A DNA stretch of 64,000 nt. Origin: Dicyema japonicum (Eukaryota; Animalia; Dicyemida). The notes beneath the pieces were generated by a model, which saw only the letters and a program-made list of their open reading frames with translations, was not told the DNA's origin and searched no databases. This document shows, piece after piece, positions 26,696 through 39,739 of this stretch; the first letter of the stretch is position 1; the number at the start of each line of letters is the position of its first letter. The stretch spans positions 186,001-250,000 of the forward strand of contig RDEW01000059.1 of NCBI GenBank assembly GCA_011109175.1, in the 5' to 3' direction. The position numbers and the translations under genes were made by a program.

Positions 26696-27189
26696 AGAGA
26701 CTGAGTCAAGAGTTTATATTAGTCACGTGGTTAATCGTCGGAAGGCTAGTTGGTGACGTAGCTCCGTTGCACTATACAATGCTCTGATGGGCTAAATGTC
26801 TTCATCTTCTTAAAATGGATGTAACTTTTCGTTCCCCTTTTTTCTTGTAGGAGACGTACACAAGTTTGTAACTAAGAAAGCTTCAAATACACTATTTCTT
26901 TTCACTTCTCACAAAATTTGTAGAAACTCGGAGTAAGGGGTTAATTCTTAAATAATCAAAGTTATTCACGAGAGATAAGCGTTAGAATATTCAAATCATT
27001 ATACAGTTGGACCTCGATTTGACCACAATGTGGCCCAAGAACCGAGGTTGTATTTTAAAAAGAGGTCCATGGATATTTTCTTTAAAATTCATTTTTAATA
27101 CAAAAAATAATTTAAAAATATTTTAATAGTTAAATTTATATTTCACCCATTGCCCCGACGAGTGGTGCGTTTCCATTACTCACCTCATC

Positions 27190-27380
27190 TTACACAGAAC
27201 TCACACTTTATTTACAAAGTAAAGTCATGCTAATTAATCCGAGACATTGAAGGTTTTCGTAGCTTTTTTTTCTTTTTGCTTGTGCGTGAGTCCCTGTGAC
27301 AATCTGTTTCGCAGTCGCTCGTCAATCCCAGAAACATCGTAAAATGCTTGGAACCTTCAACCTGAATGGACAGTAGCTAG
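27190..27380 (-). mobile_element. SINE family A copy (diverged)
   Basis: Reverse complement contains GCTACTGTCCA..GAAGGTTCCAAGCATTTTACGATG..GGACTCACGCACAAGCAAAAAGAAAAAAA..AAATAAAGTGT. Confidence 0.7.
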
Positions 27381-29810
27381 CTAGTTAAGTAATTCAGCCC
27401 TCACTAACTTGTAGGAGACCAGCGGCTATTAAGTAGGACGTAGCAAACGCCGGTTAATCCAATAAATCGAACAGTCTAGCCATTGTAGTCGGAGATTTTA
27501 CCAATTCAGGACAATCAAATAGGTGGGAGCGAGAGACAACTCTCATAAAAAATATGTTTTGGACTTTTTGTTGTTTATCGATAGAACTGAGGAAGAGGTT
27601 GACCAACAAGGATTTGCATAGTTAATTGTGGTTCGAATGAAATGTTTATACATTATGATTAGAGAATCTTCGCTTTGGCCGAAGGAATGGCCCGATACAG
27701 CTTTCAGTATTCTGATTTTGTGATAGACCTTTGTGCATTGCTCCCCTTACATGTTTCGAAAAAACAATATTTGCTCGAAAATGACTCCAAGTATTTGGGA
27801 TGTTTCGTAGCGGGAAGTGTTCGCCCATTAATTGTTAAAATTTTGTTGGCGGCGGTTGGATGTGAATATAGCGACGGTGGATTTCAGTGGAGAAGGAGAT
27901 ATATGATTTTCCCCAAGTCAAAGAGAGTTCAATGGTTCTGGAAATCAACATTACTGTCTTTGGAGGCGATAATCAGGTAATCCCCATATGATAGAAGTAG
28001 TGTCTCAAATTGATTGGAATATCGCTTAGGTGCAAGTTTAATAAGGTAGGAGCCTTGGGGACTCCGTTTGGAAGAAATCGGTAGTGAGATAAGCAAGACA
28101 TAATTTCAGTTTGATCAAGTCTTCCAGAGAGGAAGACTTCGTTAGCCAATTCTGAAGACGTGGAGGAATTCGAGACGCAATAATTTTGTTACTTAGAACC
28201 CCTCTTGCTGTTCGATCAAATGCCTTGGTCAGATAAATCGGTGCAAGTACAGTCCGTTTGGGAGGATTGGAATCATTGAACCCATCAGCTATATACTGAG
28301 TTAGGGTAGAGAGATGCGTTGATGTTGAGGACGAAAATCATACTGTGAGTCTTAAAAGGGAGATAATCGAACATTAATTTGAATAAAATATGTTCAACAG
28401 TTTTGGACTCTACGAATAGTAAAGAAATCGGTCGGAAGAATCCCGGATCTAAGGATCTTTTTAAGACCATTCATGTCCAGGTGCTAGAAATGGAAAATGC
28501 AGATTCCGTCTATCTCTCGGGTGGAGAGTTTTTTGAGTTTTTGATAAGGTTTTTCAAGACAGTGCAGATGATTACAATATTTTCCACGAGGAGTGAGAAC
28601 ACTTCAATTTACAAGGAAGGGAGTACTTATTCATGTTGATGTGACTCACTTTTACGTAGTGGTCCATCATTATATCTGCCTGATGAGCGAAATCACGTGG
28701 GGCTAGATTTCTGTCAATACTAGTGGCGTGGGTTGTGTCCATTCAATTTTGTGTTGACTGAATACCACGTAGGGTCCCCCAGAAATCCTTATGTATATTC
28801 AGGTAGTAAATTTTGATGATGCAATTATTCCATCGTTCCAATTTCCCTTTGTTGGTTAACTCTGCAAATTCACCATTAAGGTTGGATAGTTCAGTCGTGG
28901 GGATCCTTGATTTGTTAGTCGGCGTTATATGTGAATCTTTCGATAATTTCTGTAGAAAAATCTGTAATGAGGCCTTTTGGAATATTATTTTTGTCGGCAT
29001 TGATAACCTCATTAAAAAAATTTACGGAAATACCAATCGATTTAAAATTCTCTACGGAAAAACCGGACAGTAATTTTTCTGCTTCGCCGCGAAATGACTC
29101 CAATTTGAGTTTATTATGGTATTTGACCGTTGTTGATTGGTGGAGTGATCTGCACGAAGAATTGGGTTATGGTATGAATGATGGTCGTATATAACTTTGT
29201 GGGATATCGCCGAAGATAGCGATGGAGAATATAAAGGGACGACTGGAGAGTGTCCAGCTCCGGAAGCTGATTTTATCATTAAGGATGACTATAGTTGTTC
29301 AAGTTGAGATAGGATCTGAAACTCCCACCCAGTACTTCTTTGACTAATTAGCCAAAGTGGATATTTGACATTTAGGTCTTCACAGATTATGACATTTGTA
29401 TTTCAGCCAGTTTTAGAGGATATCGTTTCACATAGGACCGGGTGGTGGGATGTAAATATTTACGAATGTGGTGTGCGGTTTATTTTGACAAGGATGGAAG
29501 AAAGATTAATGTGATTGTCACCATCATCAGAGTGTGTCCCAATTTGATTGTCTGAATAGTTTTGTTTCCTGTAAGAGTGAAATTAGCTCAGAGTATTGAT
29601 ATGCAACGTCATTTATGTTAAATTGAATCAAGTTGAAGAATTTGCCATTTTTTGGGGCTGGGGGTTCTGTTCGAAATCCCCAGCGATGATTAGAAGCAGC
29701 AATCCGCTCGCTCAATAGCCGCCATCATCCAGTCTGATATCTCTGAGGTTGTTGAACAGGTTGACATTAGAGTAATTGTAGTTCATTTAGGATTGAAACT
29801 GGCATCCAAT
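27380..29810 (-). mobile_element. LINE relic (AP endonuclease + RT + 3' UTR; I/Jockey-like)
   Basis: NLIQFNIN..ISLLQETKL (APE start), IYDHHS, FRPISLL..SKTVE. The 3' UTR at 27385-27530 is repeated at 53333-53480. Confidence 0.75.
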
Positions 29811-29910
29811 TTTCGCCGCGTTTAGTTGAGTCACATCAAAATCACTTTTTTAAATAATTAGGCTCGAGTGTCTCGCACTCGCACCCACTAAGAGACACGA
29901 TCGTCCAAGC

Positions 29911-32900
29911 CAGGGGTCGGCAACCATGGCTCTTAGAGTCAATGTAACTCCGAGTTTTATATGGCTCTTTCTAATGATTAGCTACATCTCCAATAAAAAC
30001 ATTTTCAAGTAAGCAAGATACCATAAGGCTGCAAATTTGTTAATAGAGTGGTTGAATATCTTCGTAATGCAGCGATTCCATAATCCCAAGATTTTTAGGG
30101 GAGGATTATTGGGATTTGTCAGGTCAATTGGAATACGTTGTTTTGATGACTTTCAGTACATCACTCACCTCGTTTTCAGTGAAGTAAATCATATCAGGTG
30201 TCTTTTCGGTTTACTGAGATATAGAAGAGGTAGATCTGACTTCTTATGGTCCTTGTTGGATATTTTTACGTAATATTTTATCAGGTTATTAAAATTCTTT
30301 TGGCTGTGACCCCCTCAGCAGACCTTCCATCATCTCTTGAGAAGTTTCGAATAGTCTTCCAAAACTTCTGCAATGAATCTATTTCGGTTTAAAGATGAGA
30401 ACACATGCTACCATCTCGGTTTCTGTGCTTTGAGCTCACTAATTTTATTTCATTGTTCAAAGGCAGGGGTTCTCAAGAGGGGCTCCGACTTCCAAACTTT
30501 AAAATAAATTTTATATATAAAATTAATTTTAAATTAATATCAAAGTCCTTGTCTGGGAAAGCTCGTTTCCTTGATGGATTGGATGGATACCGATATTTGG
30601 GAGTTCTTGAAGATAAGAACAGCAATGTTCTTAAAGGAGAAATTATGAATAAAATCTATGGAGAAGTATCTAAGCGGATCAAAAATTTGACGAAGACGGA
30701 TTTAAACTCAGTGAACCTGTTTAAAGCTATGAATGAGTATGCAATCTCCCTTTACAACTATTACATTGGATTGATTGATATCGAACCTGGAGAGTTTGAA
30801 CAGATTGATAAAAATATTCGCAGAATTCTTATGGACAGTCATATCCACTTGCAACCGGCAAACAAAGAAAGACTTTATCTACCAAGAAATAAATTTGGAA
30901 GAGGCCTCGAGTTAGTCAGTAACAAAGCAGAAAGAATGCTCCTCCAATTTTATAGTGATTTGGAACATAAGGCAAATTACTGCCTAAGAAGAGCGGGAAT
31001 TCTACGGGTCATTAATTCAAAGAAAATACACATGGCCACTATCGTAGAATTCATCTCAAGAAAGTACAACATTGAAAATGTGAAGGATTTGACAATGTTG
31101 AAATTGATGGAAATACAACATGAATATCTACTGGGAAAAATTGAAGAGAAATCGCTGCACTCTATTCTATTTGAGTGTCTGAAAGATACCGAAGTGAATA
31201 TTGCTGAATCCTCAGGGTGGTTAGTTCATGGAAATCATTCTCCTGTAACCGAAGGAAGGCTGTGTCTGCTTCAGGATCGTAACATGTTTTTTGATAATGG
31301 AGAAGCCAAGTGCAAACATTGTAACTCAGGAAAGAAGACCGTTGATCACCTTGCAACTAGATGTGGGAGAATGCTGAATAGCTCGTATCTCAGGCGGCAT
31401 AACGAGGTGGTCAGATGTATTCACTTACACCTCTGCCGTCAATATGGAATAAGAAAAACTAAGAAACTGAAGACCCACTCAGTCCAATCTGTTGTCTCAA
31501 ATGAATTTGTGGAGATTCGTGTAGACACAACGATTAGTACAGATACGGCTGTACAGAATAACAAACCCGATATTTTCGTTCATGATAAGGTGCGTAATAC
31601 GATTACTCTCGTTGAAATTGGGATCACGTCCCAAAACTGCCTCAAGCAAGTCGAGGTGGAAAAGTTCCATAAGTATGACTTACTGGCGAACGAACTCGGA
31701 TGTATTCATCGCGCAAAGGTAAAAATAATCCCTGTAGTCATTACCTGGGATGGGATTGTTTCGAGATTCTTCAAGGGCCATCTGGATGCCCTCAAACTGG
31801 AGGAAAGGGTGAAAGCGTACATCCAAACGTTAGTATTGAGAAAGACGTTGGAGAGCATGCAAGCTGAAGATAGACATGGAGTATCGATACCTGATGAGGA
31901 GGAAGCTGATAAGGAATGTCGACCTAGGGGAGTCTCGGAATGTGGGTTGTGCGACAACGAAAACACACCTATACTGACAATTGACGTTGGCCCCAAGAAG
32001 AGGAGATTAGCTAATTAATTAATTACTTGTGACTCGTTGTTTCGTTAAAATATGGGACAATTTAAAAAAAAAAAAAAAAATTAAAGATATTGATAATACG
32101 TGTAATATTTTAATTACACGTATTATCAAATATTTTTTAGGTGAGTATCTCTTCATGCCTACAAAGAAATATCGAACATCGTCTCAAGAAAATAGAGAAT
32201 TTATATTAGAATAGGAAGAAAAGTTTTTTTTGTCAAACAGTATGGTAAAGCAGTTTGTTTGATGTGCAACTGCGTCATTAATTCATTGAAAAATTTTACT
32301 ATTGAACGTCATTATAAGAAGCACTCCGAGATATACAATTTATATCTCGGAGAGTCAAGGAAAAAAATCGATATATCAAAGACGTCATTTAAAAAACAGT
32401 CCTCAATATTTAAAGTGGACAATACACATCAATTATCAACAGCCTATAAAATTAGTCATCTTCTTGCTGTAAATATGTAACCTTATTCTGATGGAGAAAT
32501 TACTAACTGCTATTTCCATTTTTGTGATGAATGTTGTCCATCAAATATTCAAAAATATTGCAAAACGACTACCATAGAATGTATTTCAGGAGCTTACCCG
32601 TCAGCTAATCTGGCTCTGTATTGTTAAAAATAATTTTTTTAGAGCATCGAAAGATTTTTTATATTATTGACACGAGTAAAGATATCTCTGATACCTAACA
32701 AATGGCCAAATGTACAAGAGGTGTCACTTCGGATTTTAAGATTCATAAGAATTTTTTTCTCTTCGTTTATTAAAAGGCTTTCAAAAGGAATTGATGTGCT
32801 TAACGAATTTGACATTGATCCCTCGAAATTAATTTCTACGTGTACTGACGGGGACCGAATATGCTGGTCGTAATAAAGGGTTTCGTGGACTTTTTTTGAA

Positions 32901-33830
32901 TGGAGACTTGAAAAAAATTTTGATCCTAATTTTGTCATCATTTTCTCATACACCATGAGAATATAATAGCAAAGTCAAATGCAAAATGTGATAAGTGCGG
33001 TGCTGTCTATTGTGAATTCGATACGTGGTAAATCTCTCAATCAAAGGAGATGTAAAAAATCTTAAATAAAACTGACACAGTCCATAGTGATGCGCTTTAT
33101 CATACCACGGTTCGATGGTTGAGTCGTGGTTTAAGAGGTATATTTGTTTGAATAAAACGTAGATTTTATGAACTACCCCCTCAAATAAGAGAATTTGTTA
33201 AAGACAACAAATATCATGCTTTGTTGAACAGTAAGAAGTGGATTGCCAATTTAGCTTTTTGGGTCGATCTTTCTAATTTATCCTCGTAATCATGAATTAC
33301 AGGGCAATACAAATTCTGTCATCAACTCTATGGATCAATTGCTTCATTTATATCAAAATTATCAAAGATACGACCCATTTCACTTTTTTGAGCGAAAATA
33401 AAGTCAGTGGTTCAGTTGAAAAATACACTGCCTTTATCAGTCACCTTATTGTAAAATTCGAAAAAACGCTTTAAGGTTTATTTAAATTAAGTTATTTTAA
33501 GAATTTTGATGAGATTTTGCCATTAGTGAAAATTTTTGCAGCTCCATTTAATAAAAATCCTGAGAATGCTCCACCATCACTCCAATGAATAGATAGATCT
33601 TCAATCAGATGTTGAATTTACCTCTCAAGATTGAAAATTTGATTGAATTTTATAGTTTACTTAAGAAAAATATCCGAATATACTACAAATGCTTATAAAC
33701 ATGTTTGGATCAACATATTTATCAATTTTCAGTAAAATTATTCACATAAAGAATAAATATCGAAATAAATTGACTGATAGTAGGTCACGTGTGCCTATTT
33801 TATTCCGTATTATGACAAATTAGTTAACAA
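29911..33830 (+). mobile_element. hAT (SPIN/GTF2IRD2/Buster-type) transposon relic interrupted by retroelement fragments
   Basis: Terminus CAGGGGTCGGCAACC at 29911. Transposase remnants at 32155-33800: BED finger AVCLMCN..NFTIERHY..H, PYSDGE, CTDG, LYHTTVRWLSRG, MFGSTY. Confidence 0.75.
30542..32027 (+). mobile_element. 5'-truncated R4/Dong-like non-LTR retrotransposon with an uninterrupted 3' ORF
   Basis: YRYLGVLE, ERLYLPR..GRGL, CCHC knuckle CKHC..TVDHLATRC, RHNEVV, RLE KPDI..EIGIT..K..KYD, (TAAT)n tail. The ORF-track start at 30405 lies in unrelated upstream sequence. Confidence 0.92.
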
Positions 33831-35113
33831 TTAATTAAATTTTTGAATTAGTTTTTTGCGCCCCGAATGGACGGGTAAATTATCGATTTGGCGTTAAAAA
33901 GCTTGAGAAACCATGTTCAAAGGCCTCACTAGGGACTTGTCCTAAGTAGTTGATAGGACAGATTTTTGAGTCGATTTCTTTGACTAAGTCAGCCCTGCCA
34001 TATCCACTGGCGTAGTTAAGGTGGTATTTAGGCGCAGACAGAGATTTCCTATCCTTGATACTCCTGTTTATATAAGCGAGTACTTTGTACATAGAAGTAA
34101 TACCAGGTACTGCAGTAGGTTGTCATTAAGTGTACGTCAAGGTCTCCAGTTTTCACGTTTGTAGTTGAATTGTTCTGGAGAACACCTCCCTGAGATAATT
34201 TCTCTCTTGATCTTCAAAAGAAAGGCATTGTGATCGTTTCTTGAGTTGTAAGTGACTGACCAGGTCTATATTTCCTCCAGGCCGGGAGAGCAAAGCCTGA
34301 TGTCTGAAGAAGTTAGTTGGTCTGACTCCTTGAAGGGGGTTCTCGTATGATTTGACGGGTCATCATAACTGTGAAAGGACCTGTCTGCGATTTTAGTACT
34401 TTCCCTTTTGTATCAGATGGTTGGTTTGCCAGCCCTAAACAGCGTTTGACGTTGATATCCACCAATGGGCTAAAAAAGGAAGCTAAAATAAATCAGACAT
34501 AACGTAGTGTTCGGGAAAAAACCATATGGAAGCACGAAAATGTTCACAAAGGTAATTTTCCATTTGTTTTTTCAAGTGAGATTGAGTGGATTTCAGTAAC
34601 ATCGCCGTCTCCCAAGACATTCATCACCACTGAAGTGGTTTCCACGCATTTAAGGTATTTACAGTATAATGTGAGAAGAACACCACCTCGGTTCTTCGTC
34701 GGTTAGTCCGTATTGACTTGTATCCAAAAACAGAGGGGTAGGACTGTTTAAAGGGAGTTTTGTCCCTAGAATCAAATCAATGAAAATCTTCAGCTCAGCC
34801 AGGAGAGAGCGTAGTTCCAAAATTTTCCCTCTCAACGTTCAACAGAAGAACGTGGTCCATAACTAGGTGGACCAGGAGTTCCTTGCAGGTAGTTGAAGCT
34901 GAAAGCGAATGCCGTCAAGGGGAAAAAATCCTCGGAGGTAAATGTCTAATAATTCTCTTTGGAGGAACATTATGAACGTTACCAATACTTACAGAATTGG
35001 TGAGCCACATAATGCCACGCAAATATTTCTGATATTAAAATTAAAAATTTGTGAATAAATTAAATTTAATAAAAATTAATTTAAATAAATAATGATCTAA
35101 ATAACGTTTAGTT

Positions 35114-36340
35114 ATGGGTCAGGGAGATTTATCCGATCACAAAATGACTTTATTTTGCAAAAAGTGCGGGATATTTTATGGAAATCCAGAGTGGAATCAC
35201 ATGTGCTGGCAGTGCTATGATTTGTCCACCAAAACAGTATCTCAGACAAAAACAAAAACGTAACTATCTAATAATATACAAGTACCACCAAGTGGTTTCG
35301 GTGGATTGGCAAACTAAATAATGGTATCTCGTTAACATTAAAATTAGGAAAACCCACAATCTCCAAAGCCAACATTCGTGAGATGATCTCCAAAAACGGT
35401 CTCGACTATTTAACCCCTCGCTTCAACAATGATATCTGCACAGTGTTGTTCGACTTTATAAAGACGGTCACCAATTATTCGGACGTAAATGCAGCAAGTG
35501 AGATGTTCTCCCGACTTTATCGAGTGGTGACTGAACTCTATGCTTTTCATTTCAAAGAGATCGGTTTGTTAGTTCAATTAATCTCAGAATCTGACAATTT
35601 TAGACAGCTCATTGACTGGGTCGAGGAGACCGTCGTGGATTTGATGCATCCTTCTATTTTCGGTTGTGTCAGAGACGAGCAGATGGACTTGGAACTTCAA
35701 CACAAAATCTCGCGACTCTGTGGCTCAAGGGAAGGCACGTGGGTTGTCACTTAAAATTGGAGGATCAAAATGTTTCAAAATTCATAAAAATGGCCTCTGA
35801 GAGTACTGATTCCTAAATATTGTAGCATTGATAGGATTGAGCCTCCACAAAACGACCATCGCTAAACTCAATGCGATTACTGACTGCTGTGTTCACGTTC
35901 TTGACGCTCTCATTTATCAGGTACAGCTGGAGGCATTCCAGGGACCAAATCAACCAATAAATGCCGATGATTTCGTCCCTGCTTTGATTTACGTAGTTAT
36001 CCACTCCAACCCCCCTCAACTGATCTCCAATACTCGGTTCATTAGTCGATTTTCCTCCCCCATCGTCTTCAAATTGGGAAAATGGCTTATTACTTTACGA
36101 ATATTGTAATATTTTCCGTCATTTTAGTGTTCCGTGATTCATTATATTTTAAATGTTAACAAGTCTACCCTTCTTATCACCGATGAAGAATACGACGAGG
36201 TCATGTCTCCCTCCAAGGACACTGTGGGACACATCATGCAGTCCCTTGCCACTCGGATTCAGTCGCTTTCAGAACAGGCCAACAAGCTGTCTGTGGATAT
36301 TGATAATCTTACTGCCAGTTTTAATTCATTTTCTAATTAA
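35114..36340 (+). CDS. RABGEF1: Rabex-5 (A20 zinc finger + helical bundle + VPS9 + coiled coil), 4 micro-introns, two apparent single-base frameshifts
   Basis: A20 finger LFCKKCGIFYGNPEWNHMCWQC; VPS9 motifs KLNAITDCC, INADDFVPALIYVVIHSNPPQLISNTRFISRF, GKMAYYFTNI. Frames join via 22-24 nt GT-AG introns plus single-base slips near 35719 and 36058. Confidence 0.9.
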
Positions 36341-37739
36341 TGATTTTTCATTTGGGGGACATTTCACTTTTTAGTAGCATTCCTTTCTCCCTTTGCCTTC
36401 TATTTCTTGGAGGCGTCATGCTATTTAACTGTGAAAGAGATTTCCAATGCCTGGCTGCATGCAAAAAGGATCTCACTCTTCCTTATTCCATATTGGATTC
36501 TCTAAGGTGGCAGATGGATGTGATCTCTGAAACTTTGACCGTGGGAGCGATCACTCGTTTGAGAACTCTTTTCTTTTAACGTGGTCCAGTGGCAATAAAT
36601 TGTAAATATGTCACAACTATGGACACCAATACGACAGCATATCTACTACTGATGTAATGCGGTAAAGCCATTATCCACTGCACTAAAACGGAGAAGATAC
36701 AACAAGAGTTTCTAGACGGATATGTGCTCCTCGAGATTAACAAGAAGTCTTCGTCTTTCATCAAAAGTCTGAAACCTCTGGCCATCCTCAGAAGCCGTGA
36801 CTGATTCTGGATGAGCTCTGACACGTTATGTCTGCGAAACCCAGTAACCTCCAGTTGATCTTGATTATTATAGGTAACACAGCGTCATTAATTTTTTAGC
36901 AATCATTGAGAAACACTCTTCCTACTCTGAGATTTTGTGGTTGACCTCGTCATTATTGTCGACTGAGATAAATAAGTAGAACTTGGTGATAATCATATTA
37001 ATAAAATTTGGGACATTGGAGGTATGTCAATTTAATTTCAGTACCCCTGGTACATCGAGAAACAACCAACGAAGTGTGTTGAAAAGAAATAAGTCATTTT
37101 AAGCACATAACTGAATGCATAACTAAAGATAGGAAAGAAAACGAAATGCTCTTGCAGTTGTGGAAAACTCTGATAACGCCATTAAAAGAAAGGAAAACAA
37201 ATCTTCGATCAAGTAGCCACATGGGTCCACTTGTCGCTGCGTGGCTTTTCAAATAATTACGAAACAGATTAGATTCCTATTTGAATACTTTACCGATGAT
37301 CTTTTCTTTTCCTGTTGGTTTTTCTGGTTAGTAGGAAATAGTCTCCATGTCTCAGATGCATTGGCCACAAAATGACAAGAAAAGAACAATTTTTGAACTG
37401 ACCCACCAAACTCCACTGCAGCGATCCCTTAACTAATGAGTAGTCGATTTTTTTAAACCTAAAAACTAAAAAAATTAACCCAAAAATTTAACGTTATAAC
37501 TAAACAATAAAAACACTAAAACTTTTTGTAACATATACAAATTACATAATTTTCTAAATTTTCTGGTAGAAAATGTCTGTTGGATCTTAGAAAACTCTAT
37601 CTCAGAGAAACATCGTTCATCCGAGCACGATGTTGGCTGACGATTCAGAAGTAATGAATACTCAGCAGGAGATATGTGTGAATTAGTCATTTTAATTATG
37701 TTTGAAATATCATTTTTTGAAGCCTTTTATTTATTTATT

Positions 37740-38400
37740 CTTTAATAAATTTGTTGTCATTTCCAATTTCCAACGATTCTAAACCATCATATGCTTGTTC
37801 AATTGTGAAGCGTGTACTTTGGTAATAATATCTGCAATAGCGACATTATTCGGAAACCTGAAATGTTCGATAGCTTCAGATAAGGTCACATAGACTGCTA
37901 ATTAACACGTGGTTTTTGAGACTTTCTTTAGCTGTTCAACTAGATATCCATCATCCGCGAATGATTCGAAAATATTTTGAACTTCGATCAGATTTTCTGA
38001 ATAGTATGTAGCGGCCTTAAGCCAGGTCCCGCATCTTGTCAAATGCACACGTGGTGGAATGGTGATGTTTCTGTCTTTGAATATTATTTTTTTATATGTT
38101 CTTGTTAATTGCCTCTTGTACAGTAGCTATCATCAAATCAATTTCCGGATAAGAGTCTCTTATTTTCTCACAAAATTGTGTAATAGAGGCACATGTGACA
38201 TGGAATAACTTGGGGTAAAGAATTTTAAGTAGCCAGCTAAAACATAAAATTTTACCTGATTTCATATAATTTGCAACATCTGAATTTAACAAAATTAACA
38301 TTAGTAGTAAGTCGTAGATATTTATTCAAAATAAATTCAACCACTGATTCAGAATGAACTTTCCAGTGGCGACCTTTATAAAAAATTAAAATCATTAGAA
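37740..38400 (-). mobile_element. hAT-related (DUF659-type) transposase relic
   Basis: SDVANYM..LKILYPKLFHVTC..CEKIRDSYPEID..IA.V..PP..LTRCGTWLKAATYY (TRWGxW motif). Confidence 0.75.
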
Positions 38401-38589
38401 TCTCAAATTTTAAATTTGAATTTTGGTATGACAATTATAGAATATTAAAATTAAAAATCAGAATTTGACTAAATTTATTATTTGAAATTAAAAAAAACAA
38501 GATTCCATTAATTTAGGAAAAAATTTTTAACTTCATTCAAAATTAATAATTCTAAAGTAAAATCGGATGGCACATTGTAACGTGTGCAA

Positions 38590-38820
38590 ACAAAAGGCCT
38601 GATGGCCCCAAATTCGAAGGTTCTACGCATCTAAGACGCTTTACCTTGACGAGTTACGCCACAATCAGTGAACATCTCACTGCAGACCGAATTGTTAGTA
38701 AAGGACTCACACACAACAAAAAGAAAAAAGTGAAGAGGCTCCTTGATTCGCATCGATGACATGAAAACTGTTATACTTAAAAAATAAAGTGTTTGTCCTC
38801 AGGGAAGAAGCTATAGCTAA
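38590..38820 (+). mobile_element. SINE family A copy
   Basis: Colinear with 2210-2440, including the GGCCTGATGGYCC leader. Confidence 0.75.
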
Positions 38821-38844
38821 TATTTTTATTTTTTAATTTATTTA

Positions 38845-39000
38845 ACCCAAGACCGCGGTAAAACCAAACTAATTATCACGTGATCCTGATGTATTCTAAC
38901 AGAGACCTCATCTTTTTCCTGTGTTCTTCCTTCGTTCCAGCGCATAAACGTACAGGACGGCTGCCTGAATTTTCAGGCCACCTTCCCGTGATCTGGAGTC
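38845..39000 (-). mobile_element. Dispersed repeat family B 3' fragment
   Basis: GACC.CGGTAA..CAAACTAATTATCACGTGATCC.GATG..TCTAACAG matches 54970-55080. Confidence 0.7.
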
Positions 39001-39037
39001 TAGTCTATAAGGGCCTCCAGAGCCATAGGTCTGGTTC

Positions 39038-39409
39038 AGTGATCTGGCTATTTTTATTAGTATTTAATTAAAAAAAGCTTTAAATATATCAAAGAAATAA
39101 TTTAAAATAAATAAATTCCAGATCGTCGGTAATCTTTTTTTTTCTCTTAGAAGAATTTGCTGCTATTTTTTTTCTTCTCCATCTCAATATTAAAGTTTGT
39201 CATTATATCTTCGTTCAGTCGAATGTCCTCACGGCATGCCAGTTCTACAAGTTGGGAGGTAGCAGAGGCGTACTCTTCATCGTATACCTTCATACCATGA
39301 CCATGCTCATGTTCAAGCATTCTCTTGAAGACAACCGATTGGATGTAAGGATTAAATCTTTTTTTTAAATTTTTTTTAATTAAATACTAATAAAAATAGC
39401 CAGATCACT
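39038..39409. repeat. Perfect 39-bp inverted repeat (39038-39076 / 39371-39409) enclosing an R4-like 3' fragment
   Basis: AGTGATCTGGCTATTTTTATTAGTATTTAATTAAAAAAA and its exact reverse complement. The interior minus strand reads PYIQSVVFKRMLEHEHGHG..., homologous to 31820-32018. Confidence 0.85.
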
Positions 39410-39739
39410 TACTAGCTCTCCCTTTTTTTGAGACTTCTTATATCCGTAGCGACAAAAGAACATACATTACTTTTTGCTTTCTGTTGAGGTAAGACTTGTT
39501 TACAGAAGTAATTGACTAGTTCGATCTCAGCTGACAATTTAAGATTTTTTTCAAAGAATTTTCCAACCACGTACTCTACGCTTTAACTTTTGTAATAAAG
39601 CCTAATAACACACTGTGCAGCATATAGAATATCAGTAATCTGATTGATATCTTGGAAAGGATTATTTTTTGTTATGTAATATAATAAATTGGAGAATTTA
39701 ATTGACTTTTTCAATTTGGAATTTTAGTTCCTCTAAGCC

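Noticed and set aside
28678-28700. Minimal hammerhead ribozyme (CTGATGAGCGAAA); also CTGATGG motifs at 682, 2214 and 38599
   Set aside because: No convincing stems I and III or cleavage triplet. The first lies antisense within a LINE ORF and the others lack the CUGAUGA core.
30405-30541. N-terminus of the 537-aa ORF as a genuine protein start
   Set aside because: Chance read-through from an unrelated fragment and an A/T island into a 5'-truncated retrotransposon.
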